The notes beneath the pieces were generated by a model, which was not told where the DNA came from, did no database searches, and was given only the letters and a program-made list of their open reading frames with translations. Below, in pieces: positions 48,701-58,100 of a stretch of DNA of 64,000 bases (its first letter is position 1; each line of letters opens with the position of its first letter). The stretch covers positions 2,464,001 to 2,528,000 of the forward strand of contig OY761556.1 of NCBI GenBank assembly GCA_963664705.1, given 5' to 3'. Source of the stretch: Acidobacteriota bacterium. GTDB taxonomy: Bacteria; Acidobacteriota; UBA6911. A program made the position numbers and the translations under genes.

Positions 48701-48911
48701 TCAGACAGGATCCTGAGGACTGGATGGGCCAGCCCCAAGTTAACAGCCATGCGGCACCGGCAATCGCAACGAGGAATTTGAGGACAAACATCTTGTCCGG
48801 CTCGAAAACCTGCACCGAAGAGATGTTAAAGAACAGAGGAATGACGGCCGCTGCCGCCAGCCAGGATACCTCTATGAGTGCTTTTCCAAAGCGATGCCAC
48901 TTGAAACGCAT
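45735..48911 (-). CDS. O-antigen ligase (Wzy_C)-family membrane protein with C-terminal TPRs
   Basis: STMGNPIFLGGYL, TQSRG, FGYGPE and RMHNE; many TM helices; TPR-like C-terminal ~270 aa. Confidence 0.85.
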   Translation of the reverse strand: MRFKWHRFGKALIEVSWLAAAAVIPLFFNISSVQVFEPDKMFVLKFLVAIAGAAWLLTWGWPIQSSGSCLRSFIRIPLIKPILALTAVYLVSSFCSIIPQLSWLGSYRRAQGTVAFLCYLIIFLLLVSELRRADQLKRLQFILILTSIPAASYAILQRFSMDPLPWKGLVGRSSSTMGNPIFLGGYLAMVLPLTLCRMAEGFGRLRQKAARKPGVLLICSCMLALILQAGALIATQSRGPLIGLVVALYLCVFVVLVLHRSPGNRSFVPALAAVGIGMLVPLLALAVVRLGSRLPAMVFFSIFGAFAGLSLFGYYFFYRASWGRSWFWLTWLSQLIPVVLLLVLVSAGFINPLTMPGLGRLAKTSDPVRQGLWITSIRYAQEGAPAVLPDGTRDPRHFLRWAFGYGPECAWVPGNLYAVPALIQLHPEAPMDRMHNEVYDDLITLGHVGVIAYLILIAVAIFLTLRFLGFNCEGRWRALFFLFAGLGGFVGIGVSFWTKAPYMAGIGVLAGLLTGTVVFIGVSGFCAPCVETRFKPGQWLVLGLAGGIIAHIIETGFAMAVAPTRLYFYLFLGILAAVSFRNPAHREEETTSGHDKIGKDRGNPLISYASISGLVLLVPIWFFIFNVTPGLNSLQIFRHSWFSFTTQRLPVPAALAVLLLTVAVNIGLLMSEIPEAGMRKVVVRKTVVLFVASVAALWVVVGWITAAFWTVEDGTFPVLIAQQAEARISLFGICLMLLLGLLTVILSSSNERKLGESVWHKGQWAFGCTVLFCSLAAIWMLSVRPAWADVAARAANAYKSSGNASAAIELYQRASDLGTGESVYRLSLGLAHSSAAYSGVADLSHAGEVLQSALEMNRLDPSTYMTLGAFYEQIAERSTDPAVRKDGLEHAISFFQKQAALAIHFPAAYSRIGRCLFLLGDYSSAEDYLGKALQLAPRYVGTHMVMGEMYYRQNELQKALKSYSTAARLSRGNIEARKNVVALLALLNRRDEAIRITLDTLRDAPRDSYLLKRLATLYFGKGDPDAGAVYAQRAFEATPAGERKTLDQFVNELKAQSY

Positions 48912-48921
48912 GGGTCTCCCG

Positions 48922-50079
48922 TCAGGAGAGCATCTTTCGAAACAGTATTTTTCGCATGGCAGGGTACCGCGTCAGAGCGACCACCAGCTTTTTGTGCTGA
49001 TTGAATCTCGCCGTTTTTCTGACCAGCGGCATCAGGCCATCCGTCATCCACAGGTCGAAGACGGATTCCACTTCCTCATCCGTTAAACGCTGCAGCAGCA
49101 GACGCAAAGTCAGCTGGGCATCGATTTCCTCCATGAGACGTTCCCGCCACATGTCCTGAAATACCGACAGATCGGATTCACCAAGCTTATCCTGCCGGAG
49201 AGCATCTACCAGCACCTCGGCAGATATTTCCGCGCTGATCATGCCGTAATATACTCCGCCGCCCGTAGTGGGTTTCACAAACCCCGCGGCATCTCCAATC
49301 ACCAGGAAACGAGGACCGTAGGTTTTGGGAATCGGAGCCAAAGGAAGCATCCTCGGCCGCACCGATCTATCCATGCCACCCATGACACCAAACGGTTTTA
49401 GCCGCTCCATAAATTTGGCGAAATACGCTTCCGCGCCGCCTTCACACATCAAGCCCGCCCGTACCGCTCTGTCGTTCCCTTGACGGACAGGGACAGCCCA
49501 GGCAAACCCTTTCGGCGCCAGCTCATTCCCAAAAAAAATCCTCACATCCTCCTGAATATCGGCGGCCAATTCCATCTGAACGCAATTGAGGTATACTCCG
49601 GGCAGCCCAATGCCCAAATCCCGATGGAGCATATAGGAGGAACCGGTAGCCAGAACACACGCACGTGCCACATACGGCTTATCTCCGTTGCAGTGAATAG
49701 CCACGTCAGCATCCCGAATCTCGACTTTGGTCGCACGCTTCCCAGCACTTACCACCGCACCGCAGGCTATGGCCAAATCCCGAAGATTCCGATCAAATGC
49801 GGAACGATCCACAACAACCGCTTCAACCTGGTCCGTTTCATACCGGACGGTCCGGCCGCTCGGAGAATGAAACTGAACAGCCTTCAGCTCCTGAACCGGT
49901 CCTGCCTGTGTAATTGAAAATTCCCGGAAGATATCCGGCGAAAGAATGCCTGTGCAGTGGGAAGATTCAGCCTCGGGCGAATGCTCTTCCAGAATCTCTA
50001 CATCAAACCCATTGGAAGCCAGACGGCGGGCGAGCTGCAGGCCCGAAGGCCCGCCACCGATAATAATCACATCTCTCAA
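48922..50079 (-). CDS. Geranylgeranyl reductase-family FAD oxidoreductase
   Basis: IGGGPSG, CTG, DRSAFD, PKGFAWAVP and GDAAGFVKPTTGGG. Confidence 0.88.
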   Translation of the reverse strand: MRDVIIIGGGPSGLQLARRLASNGFDVEILEEHSPEAESSHCTGILSPDIFREFSITQAGPVQELKAVQFHSPSGRTVRYETDQVEAVVVDRSAFDRNLRDLAIACGAVVSAGKRATKVEIRDADVAIHCNGDKPYVARACVLATGSSYMLHRDLGIGLPGVYLNCVQMELAADIQEDVRIFFGNELAPKGFAWAVPVRQGNDRAVRAGLMCEGGAEAYFAKFMERLKPFGVMGGMDRSVRPRMLPLAPIPKTYGPRFLVIGDAAGFVKPTTGGGVYYGMISAEISAEVLVDALRQDKLGESDLSVFQDMWRERLMEEIDAQLTLRLLLQRLTDEEVESVFDLWMTDGLMPLVRKTARFNQHKKLVVALTRYPAMRKILFRKMLS

Positions 50080-50135
50080 AGAAAAATCCCCTGTTGCTTC
50101 GGAATAATCCGGCAGCCAGCTCCGGCCGGCCAGGC

Positions 50136-50807
50136 CTATCTGCCACCACGCTGATTCAGTTTGCCGCCTCGAACCTCCCAGCGTCCGAGAAAGCTGATAT
50201 AAAAGGATAGGATGATCAGCCGCAGATCCAGCCAGAAATTTTGCCGTTGTATATAGAAGTTATCGTAGCGAAATTTTCGTTCCCGCGTGGTATCACGGTC
50301 TGCAAATATCTGGGCAATCCCCGTTAACCCGGGACGGACCTGCAGCCTCTCTTTGAATCCGCGTACTGCCTCATCCGGAACATCGTTCCCGATGTCACTG
50401 GATTGCATTTCGTTGATGGGCAGGGCTCGCGGTCCGACAAAACTCATGTCTCCACGGAAAATATTCCATAGCTGGGGCAGCTCATCCATGGCACAAGCTC
50501 GCAGAAAGCGCCCTACCTTTGTGATGCGTGGATCCTCCTGCCCCGCCTGCACCGATCGTATATTGCCCGCGCTCTTCCACATGGTCCGAAATTTGAGGGC
50601 TGAGAAAGTGCCGCCTCCTTTTCCCCAGCGATTCTGACAGAAAAAAACGGGGAACCCATCCTCAAGAATAATGGCAATGGAAATCAACATCCAGACTGGC
50701 GACGAAAACAAAAGACCGATTCCTGATAGCAGCGCATCAAATCCGCGTTTCATAAACCCGTGCATCCGGAAAGAAGGCTTTGTGCCGTTAGCCAAGGACT
50801 TCACCAT
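50136..50807 (-). CDS. Initiating polyprenyl-phosphate phosphoglycosyltransferase (PglC/WcaJ C-domain type)
   Basis: KRGFD, KFRTM, DPRITKVG, DELPQLWNI, GDMSFVGPR and RPGLTG. Start uncertain. Confidence 0.92.
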   Translation of the reverse strand: MVKSLANGTKPSFRMHGFMKRGFDALLSGIGLLFSSPVWMLISIAIILEDGFPVFFCQNRWGKGGGTFSALKFRTMWKSAGNIRSVQAGQEDPRITKVGRFLRACAMDELPQLWNIFRGDMSFVGPRALPINEMQSSDIGNDVPDEAVRGFKERLQVRPGLTGIAQIFADRDTTRERKFRYDNFYIQRQNFWLDLRLIILSFYISFLGRWEVRGGKLNQRGGR

Positions 50808-51897
50808 AAACCTCTAGCGTTCTGGCTACCATGCGATCGACGCCAAACTCGCGTTCCACACGACGTCTTGCGGCACCACCATATTCGGCACAAAGGAGAG
50901 GATTCGCAATCAAAGTATTCAAAGCGCTCGCAAGAGCATCATCTCTTCCGGGAGGGACAACAAGGCCTGTAATGCCATTCTGATTGACCGATTGGACTCC
51001 CGTAGGCAGGTCCGTGGACACAACAGGCTTCGAACAGGCCATTGCCTCCAACTGCCCAATGCCGAATGTCTCACAGCCGTTAATGGAAGGCAACACAAAT
51101 ACATCCGCAGCATTCAGCAAAAGCCTCAAGCGCGATTCGGTCACCTCACCATAAAACCGCACCCGCGAATCGATCCCCAGGTCCGATGCCAGGCGCTTTA
51201 TCTGCGGCGCCTCCGTTCCTCGACCGGCCAGTAGAAGATACCCGGCAACCGATACCATGGACTTCAAAAGCACCTCAATCCCCTTGTAGTGCCTGGCGGC
51301 TCCCACAAATAAAACTATCGGAGCATCAAATCCACAGCGGAAATCCGTCACCTCTCCCTGCTCCTGACCACTCAACCGAAATAGATCCACCTCGATTCCA
51401 AATGGAATGACCACGCTCTTGTCGCGATGCCTCGAAAAATAGGATGCGGAAGTTATATTTTCCTTTGCACTGAAGAGTACTTTGCTGACTTTATTAAAGA
51501 GACGCTCGAGTATTGGCCGGTACAAGGGGAGAAAAGCCTTTTGCCGGATGATATCGGCATGATAGGTCAGGACAAAAGGGATTCGAGGCGCCCCCCAAAG
51601 CTGCGCCAGGTCGCCCATCGGATTCGGAAAATGGAGATGCACGAGGTCAGGATTGATTTTTCGCAATTCAGCATGTGCCGTGGGACACAGCGGCACCGAG
51701 GCATACCTCCCGAATTCCGGCACTCGGACAATGCGAACGCCATCCAGTGTCTCTTGAATTCTATGACGGGATCGGCTGGGAACCAGAACCGTGACTTGGA
51801 TCTTCCGGGCAAGCTTTCGGCACAGAAGACTCATGTGCTGCTCGACTCCCCCCGTCGTCGGAGGATAGTAGTCCTTAAATACATGGACAACATTCAT
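50788..51897 (-). CDS. GT4 glycosyltransferase
   Basis: GGVE, HLHFPNP, YKG and ETFGIGQLEAMA. Confidence 0.92.
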   Translation of the reverse strand: MNVVHVFKDYYPPTTGGVEQHMSLLCRKLARKIQVTVLVPSRSRHRIQETLDGVRIVRVPEFGRYASVPLCPTAHAELRKINPDLVHLHFPNPMGDLAQLWGAPRIPFVLTYHADIIRQKAFLPLYRPILERLFNKVSKVLFSAKENITSASYFSRHRDKSVVIPFGIEVDLFRLSGQEQGEVTDFRCGFDAPIVLFVGAARHYKGIEVLLKSMVSVAGYLLLAGRGTEAPQIKRLASDLGIDSRVRFYGEVTESRLRLLLNAADVFVLPSINGCETFGIGQLEAMACSKPVVSTDLPTGVQSVNQNGITGLVVPPGRDDALASALNTLIANPLLCAEYGGAARRRVEREFGVDRMVARTLEVYGEVLG

Positions 51898-52135
51898 ATA
51901 ACCTTAGCGCTTTCTTAGGATTGAAGAACAGAGAATAAGCGATCTATTGATCCCAGTTCAAATCCTTTTGCTCAAGTTTGTGTTCGTCCTTACGGTGCCG
52001 GTCCGGCGGCATCCGCCCCGTTTCGCCACAAATATTTGGATCCATGTCAGAAATAATTTTGCGAATACGCGGACAAAACCAGGACGCCGCAATGTACAAT
52101 GCGCCGAGTCTATTGCATTGCCGGGAGGATAGCAA

Positions 52136-53683
52136 TTGAAGGCGGCAAATCCGCAGGAATGGGCAGAGCCCTCTCAGGACTCGCCTCATCGCAGCCTGCA
52201 GCGACTGGTTGATCAGGTAGCGGGATACAGTATCGGAGCGGTGTTCAATCGCATTTTGGGCATAATAGTGGCCTGTGTGTATCCCCTCCTCCTGAGCAAG
52301 GAGGAATATGGTCGCCTCGATGTAATCCTGAGTATCCCCCCTCTACTGGCCTGCATTTTTTACCTCGGACTGGATTCCTCTTTGCCGCGCTTCTATTACG
52401 ATGAAAACCGCGGCAGACAACGGGAGAGACTGGTTTCGGCTACCTTCAATTCCGTGATACTCTTCACCCTCATTGCGGTCGTACTGCTGCTTCTCTTTTC
52501 CAGGTCCCTAGCGTTGTGGCTGTATCAGGATGCCCGCTATATTCTCTATTTCCGGCTGATGCTTATTGGAATGCCCTTTACCATGGCCAGCTCGATTGCA
52601 ATGGTGGTGCTCCGCCTTCAGGGACGGATCCGGGCTTTTAACATCCTGATGGCCGCTAATCTGTTGATCGCAGCCATGTGCGGCATCACCAGCATCCTGC
52701 TTCTCCGGATTGCGGCTTCCGGAGTGCTGGTGGGATTCATCGCCGGAAATATGGCGACGGCCGCTGCCGGCATCTGGATCATCCGGGCAGACCTTGCCCC
52801 TGTGATGCCCCTGAGAGAACTAACGCAACTGCTGACCATAGGATTTCCCCTCGCGTTATCAGGCTTCGCAATGTGGCTCATCGGGTTTGTCAACCGCCCG
52901 ATTCTGGTCCGTCATGTTTCCGCGGATGATATCGGCCTCTATGCCATTGCCAGCGGCGCGGTTGCCATGTTTGGACTCCTCATCGCCGCCTTCCGGAATG
53001 CGTGGCAACCCTTTGCCTTTTCCATTATGGAACACAGGGAATACAAAGGCGTTTACGCCCGGGCACTGACGCTGTTCACCGCAGTGGGAGCGACGGCGGC
53101 GGTAGGCCTGTCGTTATTTGCGCCGCAGGTATTGCTATTGATCAATCTGTACACTCACAAAGACTGGTCGGGAGCCGCGCAGACCGTCGGCCCCCTGGCA
53201 TTAGGAATCATCCTGAGCGCTATGTTTTCCGTCATTCAGACGGGAGCCTTTATCGCAAGGCGCACCGGCGTTATTGTTGTCACGGTCGGAATTGCCGCAC
53301 TTATAAATGCGGGGCTCAATTTTCTATGGATCCCTTGGTGGGGCATGATGGGGGCCGCGCTCGCAACCGCCGTCGGACACCTGGCTTCGTTGGTGATCGG
53401 GTATCTTTTTGCCCAGCGACTCGAGCCGATTCCATACCATATCAGGCGGCTGTCGTTTACCATCCTCGCCGCCTCCGTTGCTATCGCGACCGGATCCAGG
53501 CTGCACTCAGAAATGGGAATCCATGATTTGCTGTTGCGATCGCTGATCCTGATCGGCTTCTGCGGCCTTTTGCTTGTCGGCCGGATCATCAATCGGGACG
53601 ACCTGCTGCTTTTCAGGAATATCAACTGGTTCGCCCCACACAAGGAAAATCAGGCCGGTAGAGCTGCTCGTGAGAATGCCTGA
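52136..53683 (+). CDS. wzx: Wzx-type oligosaccharide flippase
   Basis: LLSKEEYG, LGLDSSLPRFYY, IGLYA, AWQP and GMMGAALAT; many TM helices. Start uncertain. Confidence 0.85.
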   Translation: MKAANPQEWAEPSQDSPHRSLQRLVDQVAGYSIGAVFNRILGIIVACVYPLLLSKEEYGRLDVILSIPPLLACIFYLGLDSSLPRFYYDENRGRQRERLVSATFNSVILFTLIAVVLLLLFSRSLALWLYQDARYILYFRLMLIGMPFTMASSIAMVVLRLQGRIRAFNILMAANLLIAAMCGITSILLLRIAASGVLVGFIAGNMATAAAGIWIIRADLAPVMPLRELTQLLTIGFPLALSGFAMWLIGFVNRPILVRHVSADDIGLYAIASGAVAMFGLLIAAFRNAWQPFAFSIMEHREYKGVYARALTLFTAVGATAAVGLSLFAPQVLLLINLYTHKDWSGAAQTVGPLALGIILSAMFSVIQTGAFIARRTGVIVVTVGIAALINAGLNFLWIPWWGMMGAALATAVGHLASLVIGYLFAQRLEPIPYHIRRLSFTILAASVAIATGSRLHSEMGIHDLLLRSLILIGFCGLLLVGRIINRDDLLLFRNINWFAPHKENQAGRAARENA

Positions 53684-53689
53684 GACAAT

Positions 53690-54805
53690 ATGCCTACAAT
53701 ACTGGATGCCCGCACTGCCATCAGCCATTTCCCGGGTATCGGGCGCTATGCCTGTCAACTGGCACGCTCTCTGGCAAGGCAAAGCAATCGCGATGAGCTG
53801 ATTATCCTTACCAACGCCAATAGCACCGAGGCGCGCTTTGATTTTTCGATGCCGGCAGCCCAGCCGGGCATCCGAATTGTGCCGGTAGATGCTCCCCCTT
53901 TCTCCGTCAAAGAGCAGACTCGGCTTCCCGGGATATTGCGCAAACTGACACCTCGATTGACGCATTTTCCCTACCTTGTCATGCCCTATGCAGCGCCGCG
54001 ACCATTGGTCCTGACAGTTCACGACATCATCCCGCTGCAACTGCCGCGCTTCTTTACAAGCCGCCAGCGGATCCTCTACCGCCTCTCCCTTGAACTGGCA
54101 TTGAGACGCGCAGATGCCGTGATCTGCGTATCGGAATCCACGCGTTCCGATCTTCTATCCAGATTGCACCTGTCCCCGTCGCGGCTTTTTGTTGTCCCCG
54201 AAGGCGTTGGGGAAGCATTCCGAGACTCCGCGGAAAAAGAGGTGCAGAGGGCGCGGGCGGCCTGGGATCTGCCGTCGGAATACCTTCTATATGTTGGAAG
54301 CAACAAGCCTCACAAAAATCTGCCCGCCCTGGTCGAGGCATTTGCGCAGCTGAAAACCAGCGCCGTTCTTGTCCTTGCAGGCCCCGAGGACAACAGGTTC
54401 GACCAGGAACGAAGAATTTCAGAACGGCTTGGATTGGGAAATCGCGTGCGCTGTTTGGGGACAGTGCCCGAAGCTTTATTGCCCGGCCTTTATAGCGGTG
54501 CCCTGGCTTTTGTTTTCCCCAGCCTCTACGAGGGTTTCGGGCTGCCAGTACTGGAAGCGATGGCCTGTGGCATTCCCGTTGCCTGTTCGAATATCCCAAG
54601 CCTGCGGGAAACCTGTGCACGTGCAGCTCTATTCTTCAACCCCGGGGATTGCCGATCTATCGCGCTGGCCCTTGAGCAGATTATCCAGGATAAGCGCCTG
54701 CGCACAGATCTCCGTGACAGCGGATTCAAACGCGCGGCGGAATTGAGTTGGGATGCTGCTGCAAAAAAAACCCTGGAGGTGTATGGGGCAGTGGGTAGTG
54801 GGTAG
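53690..54805 (+). CDS. GT4 glycosyltransferase (MtfB-like)
   Basis: GIGRY, TVHDIIP, PHKN and FPSLYEGFGLPVLEAMACG. Confidence 0.92.
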   Translation: MPTILDARTAISHFPGIGRYACQLARSLARQSNRDELIILTNANSTEARFDFSMPAAQPGIRIVPVDAPPFSVKEQTRLPGILRKLTPRLTHFPYLVMPYAAPRPLVLTVHDIIPLQLPRFFTSRQRILYRLSLELALRRADAVICVSESTRSDLLSRLHLSPSRLFVVPEGVGEAFRDSAEKEVQRARAAWDLPSEYLLYVGSNKPHKNLPALVEAFAQLKTSAVLVLAGPEDNRFDQERRISERLGLGNRVRCLGTVPEALLPGLYSGALAFVFPSLYEGFGLPVLEAMACGIPVACSNIPSLRETCARAALFFNPGDCRSIALALEQIIQDKRLRTDLRDSGFKRAAELSWDAAAKKTLEVYGAVGSG

Positions 54806-54855
54806 TGGGTAGTGGGTAGTGGGCAGTAGGCATTCGCTGCCTGCTGCCCACTTTT
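54790..54855 (+). terminator. (AGTGGGT)n heptamer array ending in a terminator-like hairpin
   Basis: Four perfect AGTGGGT units plus AGTGGGC and AGTAGGC. The last two pair with TGCCTGCTGCCCACT, followed by TTT; located between convergent genes. Confidence 0.7.
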
Positions 54856-54861
54856 GACCGG

Positions 54862-55890
54862 CTATTTCTTCAGCTTGAAATCGGCAGGGATGGCTATGTC
54901 TGCCTCCGGAACAGCAGTATCCACTTTCAGCAGTTCCTGGGTAACAGTCATCATTGTTGCCCTGTTTTTCGGCTGCTGCGTCGAGGTATCGGCCTCGGCG
55001 GCCTTTTTCTTTCGCAGTCCACCCAGCATTCCGCCAATTCCCCGAACAGAGGTCAGGCTACCGGAATCGTTATCCTGCTTTTGTTCCTGAGCCGATTTGG
55101 CCTGGGCTTGGGCCTGGGCTGCGCTCACCACGGTTTCCACCGTCATTTCCGTCAGGATCTGAGCGCCTTTCATATTCACGCTCTCCACCTGCATTTTGCC
55201 CATCATCTCTTTCATCCCTGGATACATTGCCATGACCATGGCCATCTGTTCTGCAGACCCACCCATCCCAAGGGCTTGCTCCAATGCCTTGGCATAGCGC
55301 ATATCGAAGTCCGCGATTTCTTTGGTCGCTGGAATTTCAGGCCCCAGCCAGAGGTGGGATGTGAGCACCATTCCGCCGGCCTCCTCGAGCGTTTTCCCTT
55401 TTTCTCTCATGGTAATGGTCATCAGGACTTCGCGGCAGTCATACCCGTTGATGGCACGCTTTTGACCGGTTTCCTTGAGGGAGAAGTCTACCTCCATCCG
55501 ATTTTGGGGTGCCTGGTCGTCCTTTTTTTCCTCTTTTGTGGCTTTCATCGCCTTTTCCTGCTGCTCCTTCAACCGCTGGCGCATCTCGTCGAAGGTCATA
55601 ACGGTATAGCTCTTCTTTTTCAGGTCGAGTTCATAAATCTTCTGTTCGTTCAGATCGACGATCTCGCTTGTGTTCTCGGATATCGTGGCCTTCCGGTTCC
55701 CTTTTACCGCAACCGTGCTGACGACACCTTCCTTGGCGGCTTTCCCGCCAAACATGCCCATAACGCGGCCCATCATTCCTTCCATCTTGAACTGATTCTT
55801 TTGATCTACCTTCACTTCCGCCCGCAAAACAGCGGAGGAAAGAATCAGTCCTCCCACCAGTACCAAGCCTGCCACCAACCGTCGATTCAT
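54862..55890 (-). CDS. Exported hypothetical protein
   Basis: GGAGG SD, signal peptide, KETGQKRAINGYDCRE and C-terminal IPADFK (reminiscent of DUF4412/GLPGLI-type proteins). Confidence 0.8.
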   Translation of the reverse strand: MNRRLVAGLVLVGGLILSSAVLRAEVKVDQKNQFKMEGMMGRVMGMFGGKAAKEGVVSTVAVKGNRKATISENTSEIVDLNEQKIYELDLKKKSYTVMTFDEMRQRLKEQQEKAMKATKEEKKDDQAPQNRMEVDFSLKETGQKRAINGYDCREVLMTITMREKGKTLEEAGGMVLTSHLWLGPEIPATKEIADFDMRYAKALEQALGMGGSAEQMAMVMAMYPGMKEMMGKMQVESVNMKGAQILTEMTVETVVSAAQAQAQAKSAQEQKQDNDSGSLTSVRGIGGMLGGLRKKKAAEADTSTQQPKNRATMMTVTQELLKVDTAVPEADIAIPADFKLKK

Positions 55891-56089
55891 GTTTACCCTC
55901 CCTCAGTGTTCAACATGGGTACCAAAACAAACAGGGTATTCTACGTCGAACTCAGACCTTATTGGAAGCATCAGCTTCATTTGCGTTGTCATCCCTTTCC
56001 CTGTTTGAACTTGCGCCGATGTAAAAAAAGAGCAACCATCCTAGGAGATGCAACCAGGCAACCTGGAGTTTTCATGAAGGAGGCTCAAG

Positions 56090-57058
56090 ATGAAAGCAGT
56101 TCGCGTACATGAAACCGGCGGTCCGGACAGGCTGATTTACGAGGAGGTACCGGTACCGGTTCCCGGCCCCGGAGAAGCCCTTGTGAAGATTCAGGCTATC
56201 GGGCTCAATTTCATAGACGTCTATTTTCGAACAGGGCTGTACAAATCGTCGCTTCCCTTTATTCCCGGACAGGAGGCGGCCGGTATCGTTGAGAAAGTCG
56301 GCGAGGGAGTCGACACGACTCGGCCGGGAGATCGGGTCGCCTATGCCGGCACCATGGGCGCCTATGCGGATTATGCAATCGTCCCTGCATCCAGACTTGT
56401 GAGTCTGCCGGACGGTGTTAGCTTTGACCTGGCCGCGGCCGTAATGCTCCAGGGAATGACAGCGCACTACTTGACCTATTCGACCTTCCCCTTAAAAAAA
56501 GGCGAGACCATTCTGCTTCACGCGGCTGCCGGCGGCGTGGGACTTCTGCTCACCCAGATCGCCAAAGCTATTGGTGCCACCGTCATCGGAACCGTTTCAA
56601 CCGTGGAGAAGGCGGCGCTTGCGCTTGATGCTGGCGCGGACCATGTCATTCTCTACACTCAGCTGGATTTTGAAGAAGAAGTGAAGAAGATCACTTCCGG
56701 TGCGGGAGTGGAGGTGGTGTACGACTCTGTGGGACGCACAACTTTCGAAAAAGGCCTGAACTGCTTGCGGCGGCGAGGCATGATGGTCCTGTTTGGTCAG
56801 TCGAGCGGACCGGTGCCGCCGTTAGAATTGACTCAACTGAATGCAAAGGGATCCCTTTATATCACGCGGCCCGGATTGCCACACTACATCGCAACCCGCG
56901 ACGAGCTTTTGTGGAGGGCCGGAGATGTTCTGAAATGGGTGGCCGACCAGCGATTGAAGGTGCGGATCGACCGTACATACCCGCTGCAGGAGGTTGCCAG
57001 GGCGCATCAGGATCTGGAAGGAAGAAAAACCTCGGGAAAAGTGATTATCAAACCATAA
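56090..57058 (+). CDS. qor: NADPH:quinone oxidoreductase (zeta-crystallin/MDR family)
   Basis: [34 protein letters not shown] and TSGK. Confidence 0.93.
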   Translation: MKAVRVHETGGPDRLIYEEVPVPVPGPGEALVKIQAIGLNFIDVYFRTGLYKSSLPFIPGQEAAGIVEKVGEGVDTTRPGDRVAYAGTMGAYADYAIVPASRLVSLPDGVSFDLAAAVMLQGMTAHYLTYSTFPLKKGETILLHAAAGGVGLLLTQIAKAIGATVIGTVSTVEKAALALDAGADHVILYTQLDFEEEVKKITSGAGVEVVYDSVGRTTFEKGLNCLRRRGMMVLFGQSSGPVPPLELTQLNAKGSLYITRPGLPHYIATRDELLWRAGDVLKWVADQRLKVRIDRTYPLQEVARAHQDLEGRKTSGKVIIKP

Positions 57059-57117
57059 GCCGTCGAAACAGGTGAAGGCTCGAATTGCTTCGAGCCTTCA
57101 TGTTTTATCACAACCGC

Positions 57118-57849
57118 CTAGTTCATGCGGAACACGACCGTCACCGTTGCAATGACGGAAACCGGTTCGCCGTTCATGATGGTGGGAGAATATTTCCACT
57201 GCTTGACCGCTTGAATGGCCGCGTCAAGAAGAAGCGGGTGCCCGCTCAGAACCTTCAGGGTGGATACGCCGCCTTCTTCATCGATAACAGCCTCGAGTAT
57301 CACAGTCCCCTGCACATGCGCCTTAACCGCAAGAGGAGGATAAGCAGGATTCACTTTGTAAATCAGCTTGGATTGTTCCAGACTTGCCACGCGAATCGGC
57401 GTGCGCTGCTGCGGCTTTGGAGGCTCAGGAAGCTTGGGCAGCTCAGGAACAAGCCCGACGAAGGATTTCGCGCTGGCCTGGCCTGGACCGTCAATATTCG
57501 GGATCTGCAACAGTGCGAAATTCGGGATCACCGGTCCGGGATCCGTATCATCCGCCACGGGAATACCATCCGGAATCACTCTGGGAGCCCCATACTGCAC
57601 ATTGGATATCGGCCTTTGCGCGGCAGCCGCGATAGGGGCAGGCGGCTTGATGGCCGGGGGCTCCGGAGGCGGCTGCGGCGGCTCAATGAGAAATGTCAGC
57701 AGTTCCTGTGCCTGCAGCACGTTGAAAAAGACCAGCGGTACGAGCACAAGCGCACAGAGGATTACCGCATGAACAACCAGGGAAACCAGCAAAGATGCGG
57801 CGTACCGGATTCCTCCCCGGTCAGTTTCCAGTTTCACGGATTCGAACAT
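57118..57849 (-). CDS. tonB: TonB-family energy transducer
   Basis: GGAGG SD, TM helix SLVVH, Pro-rich linker, PAYP...VQGTVILEAVID...GHPLL...WKYSP. Confidence 0.88.
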   Translation of the reverse strand: MFESVKLETDRGGIRYAASLLVSLVVHAVILCALVLVPLVFFNVLQAQELLTFLIEPPQPPPEPPAIKPPAPIAAAAQRPISNVQYGAPRVIPDGIPVADDTDPGPVIPNFALLQIPNIDGPGQASAKSFVGLVPELPKLPEPPKPQQRTPIRVASLEQSKLIYKVNPAYPPLAVKAHVQGTVILEAVIDEEGGVSTLKVLSGHPLLLDAAIQAVKQWKYSPTIMNGEPVSVIATVTVVFRMN

Positions 57850-58015
57850 AGACACCTCCCCGCAGACTTCCGCGTCATGTAGGCTGCATTCCAAATTGGG
57901 CGAAATAATTTTCTTTTGGTAAGTGCCTGATCTCTCAGGTCTTTTCTGTTTCTAGCTATGTAGACACTTTTTCAGTGGAGAGGTTCCGCCTTTTCTCAAA
58001 ATACGCACAAATTGA

Positions 58016-58057
58016 GTGGTGACCCCAAAAGTAAAATCTCACTTTTGGGGTCACCAC
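58016..58057. repeat. Perfect 17-bp inverted repeat
   Basis: GTGGTGACCCCAAAAGT, 8-nt loop, ACTTTTGGGGTCACCAC; 43 bp downstream of the argF stop. Confidence 0.85.
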
Positions 58058-58100
58058 CCGCTATTGAAAAATGGAAGAACGAGTGGGATGCCTCGCCGAT

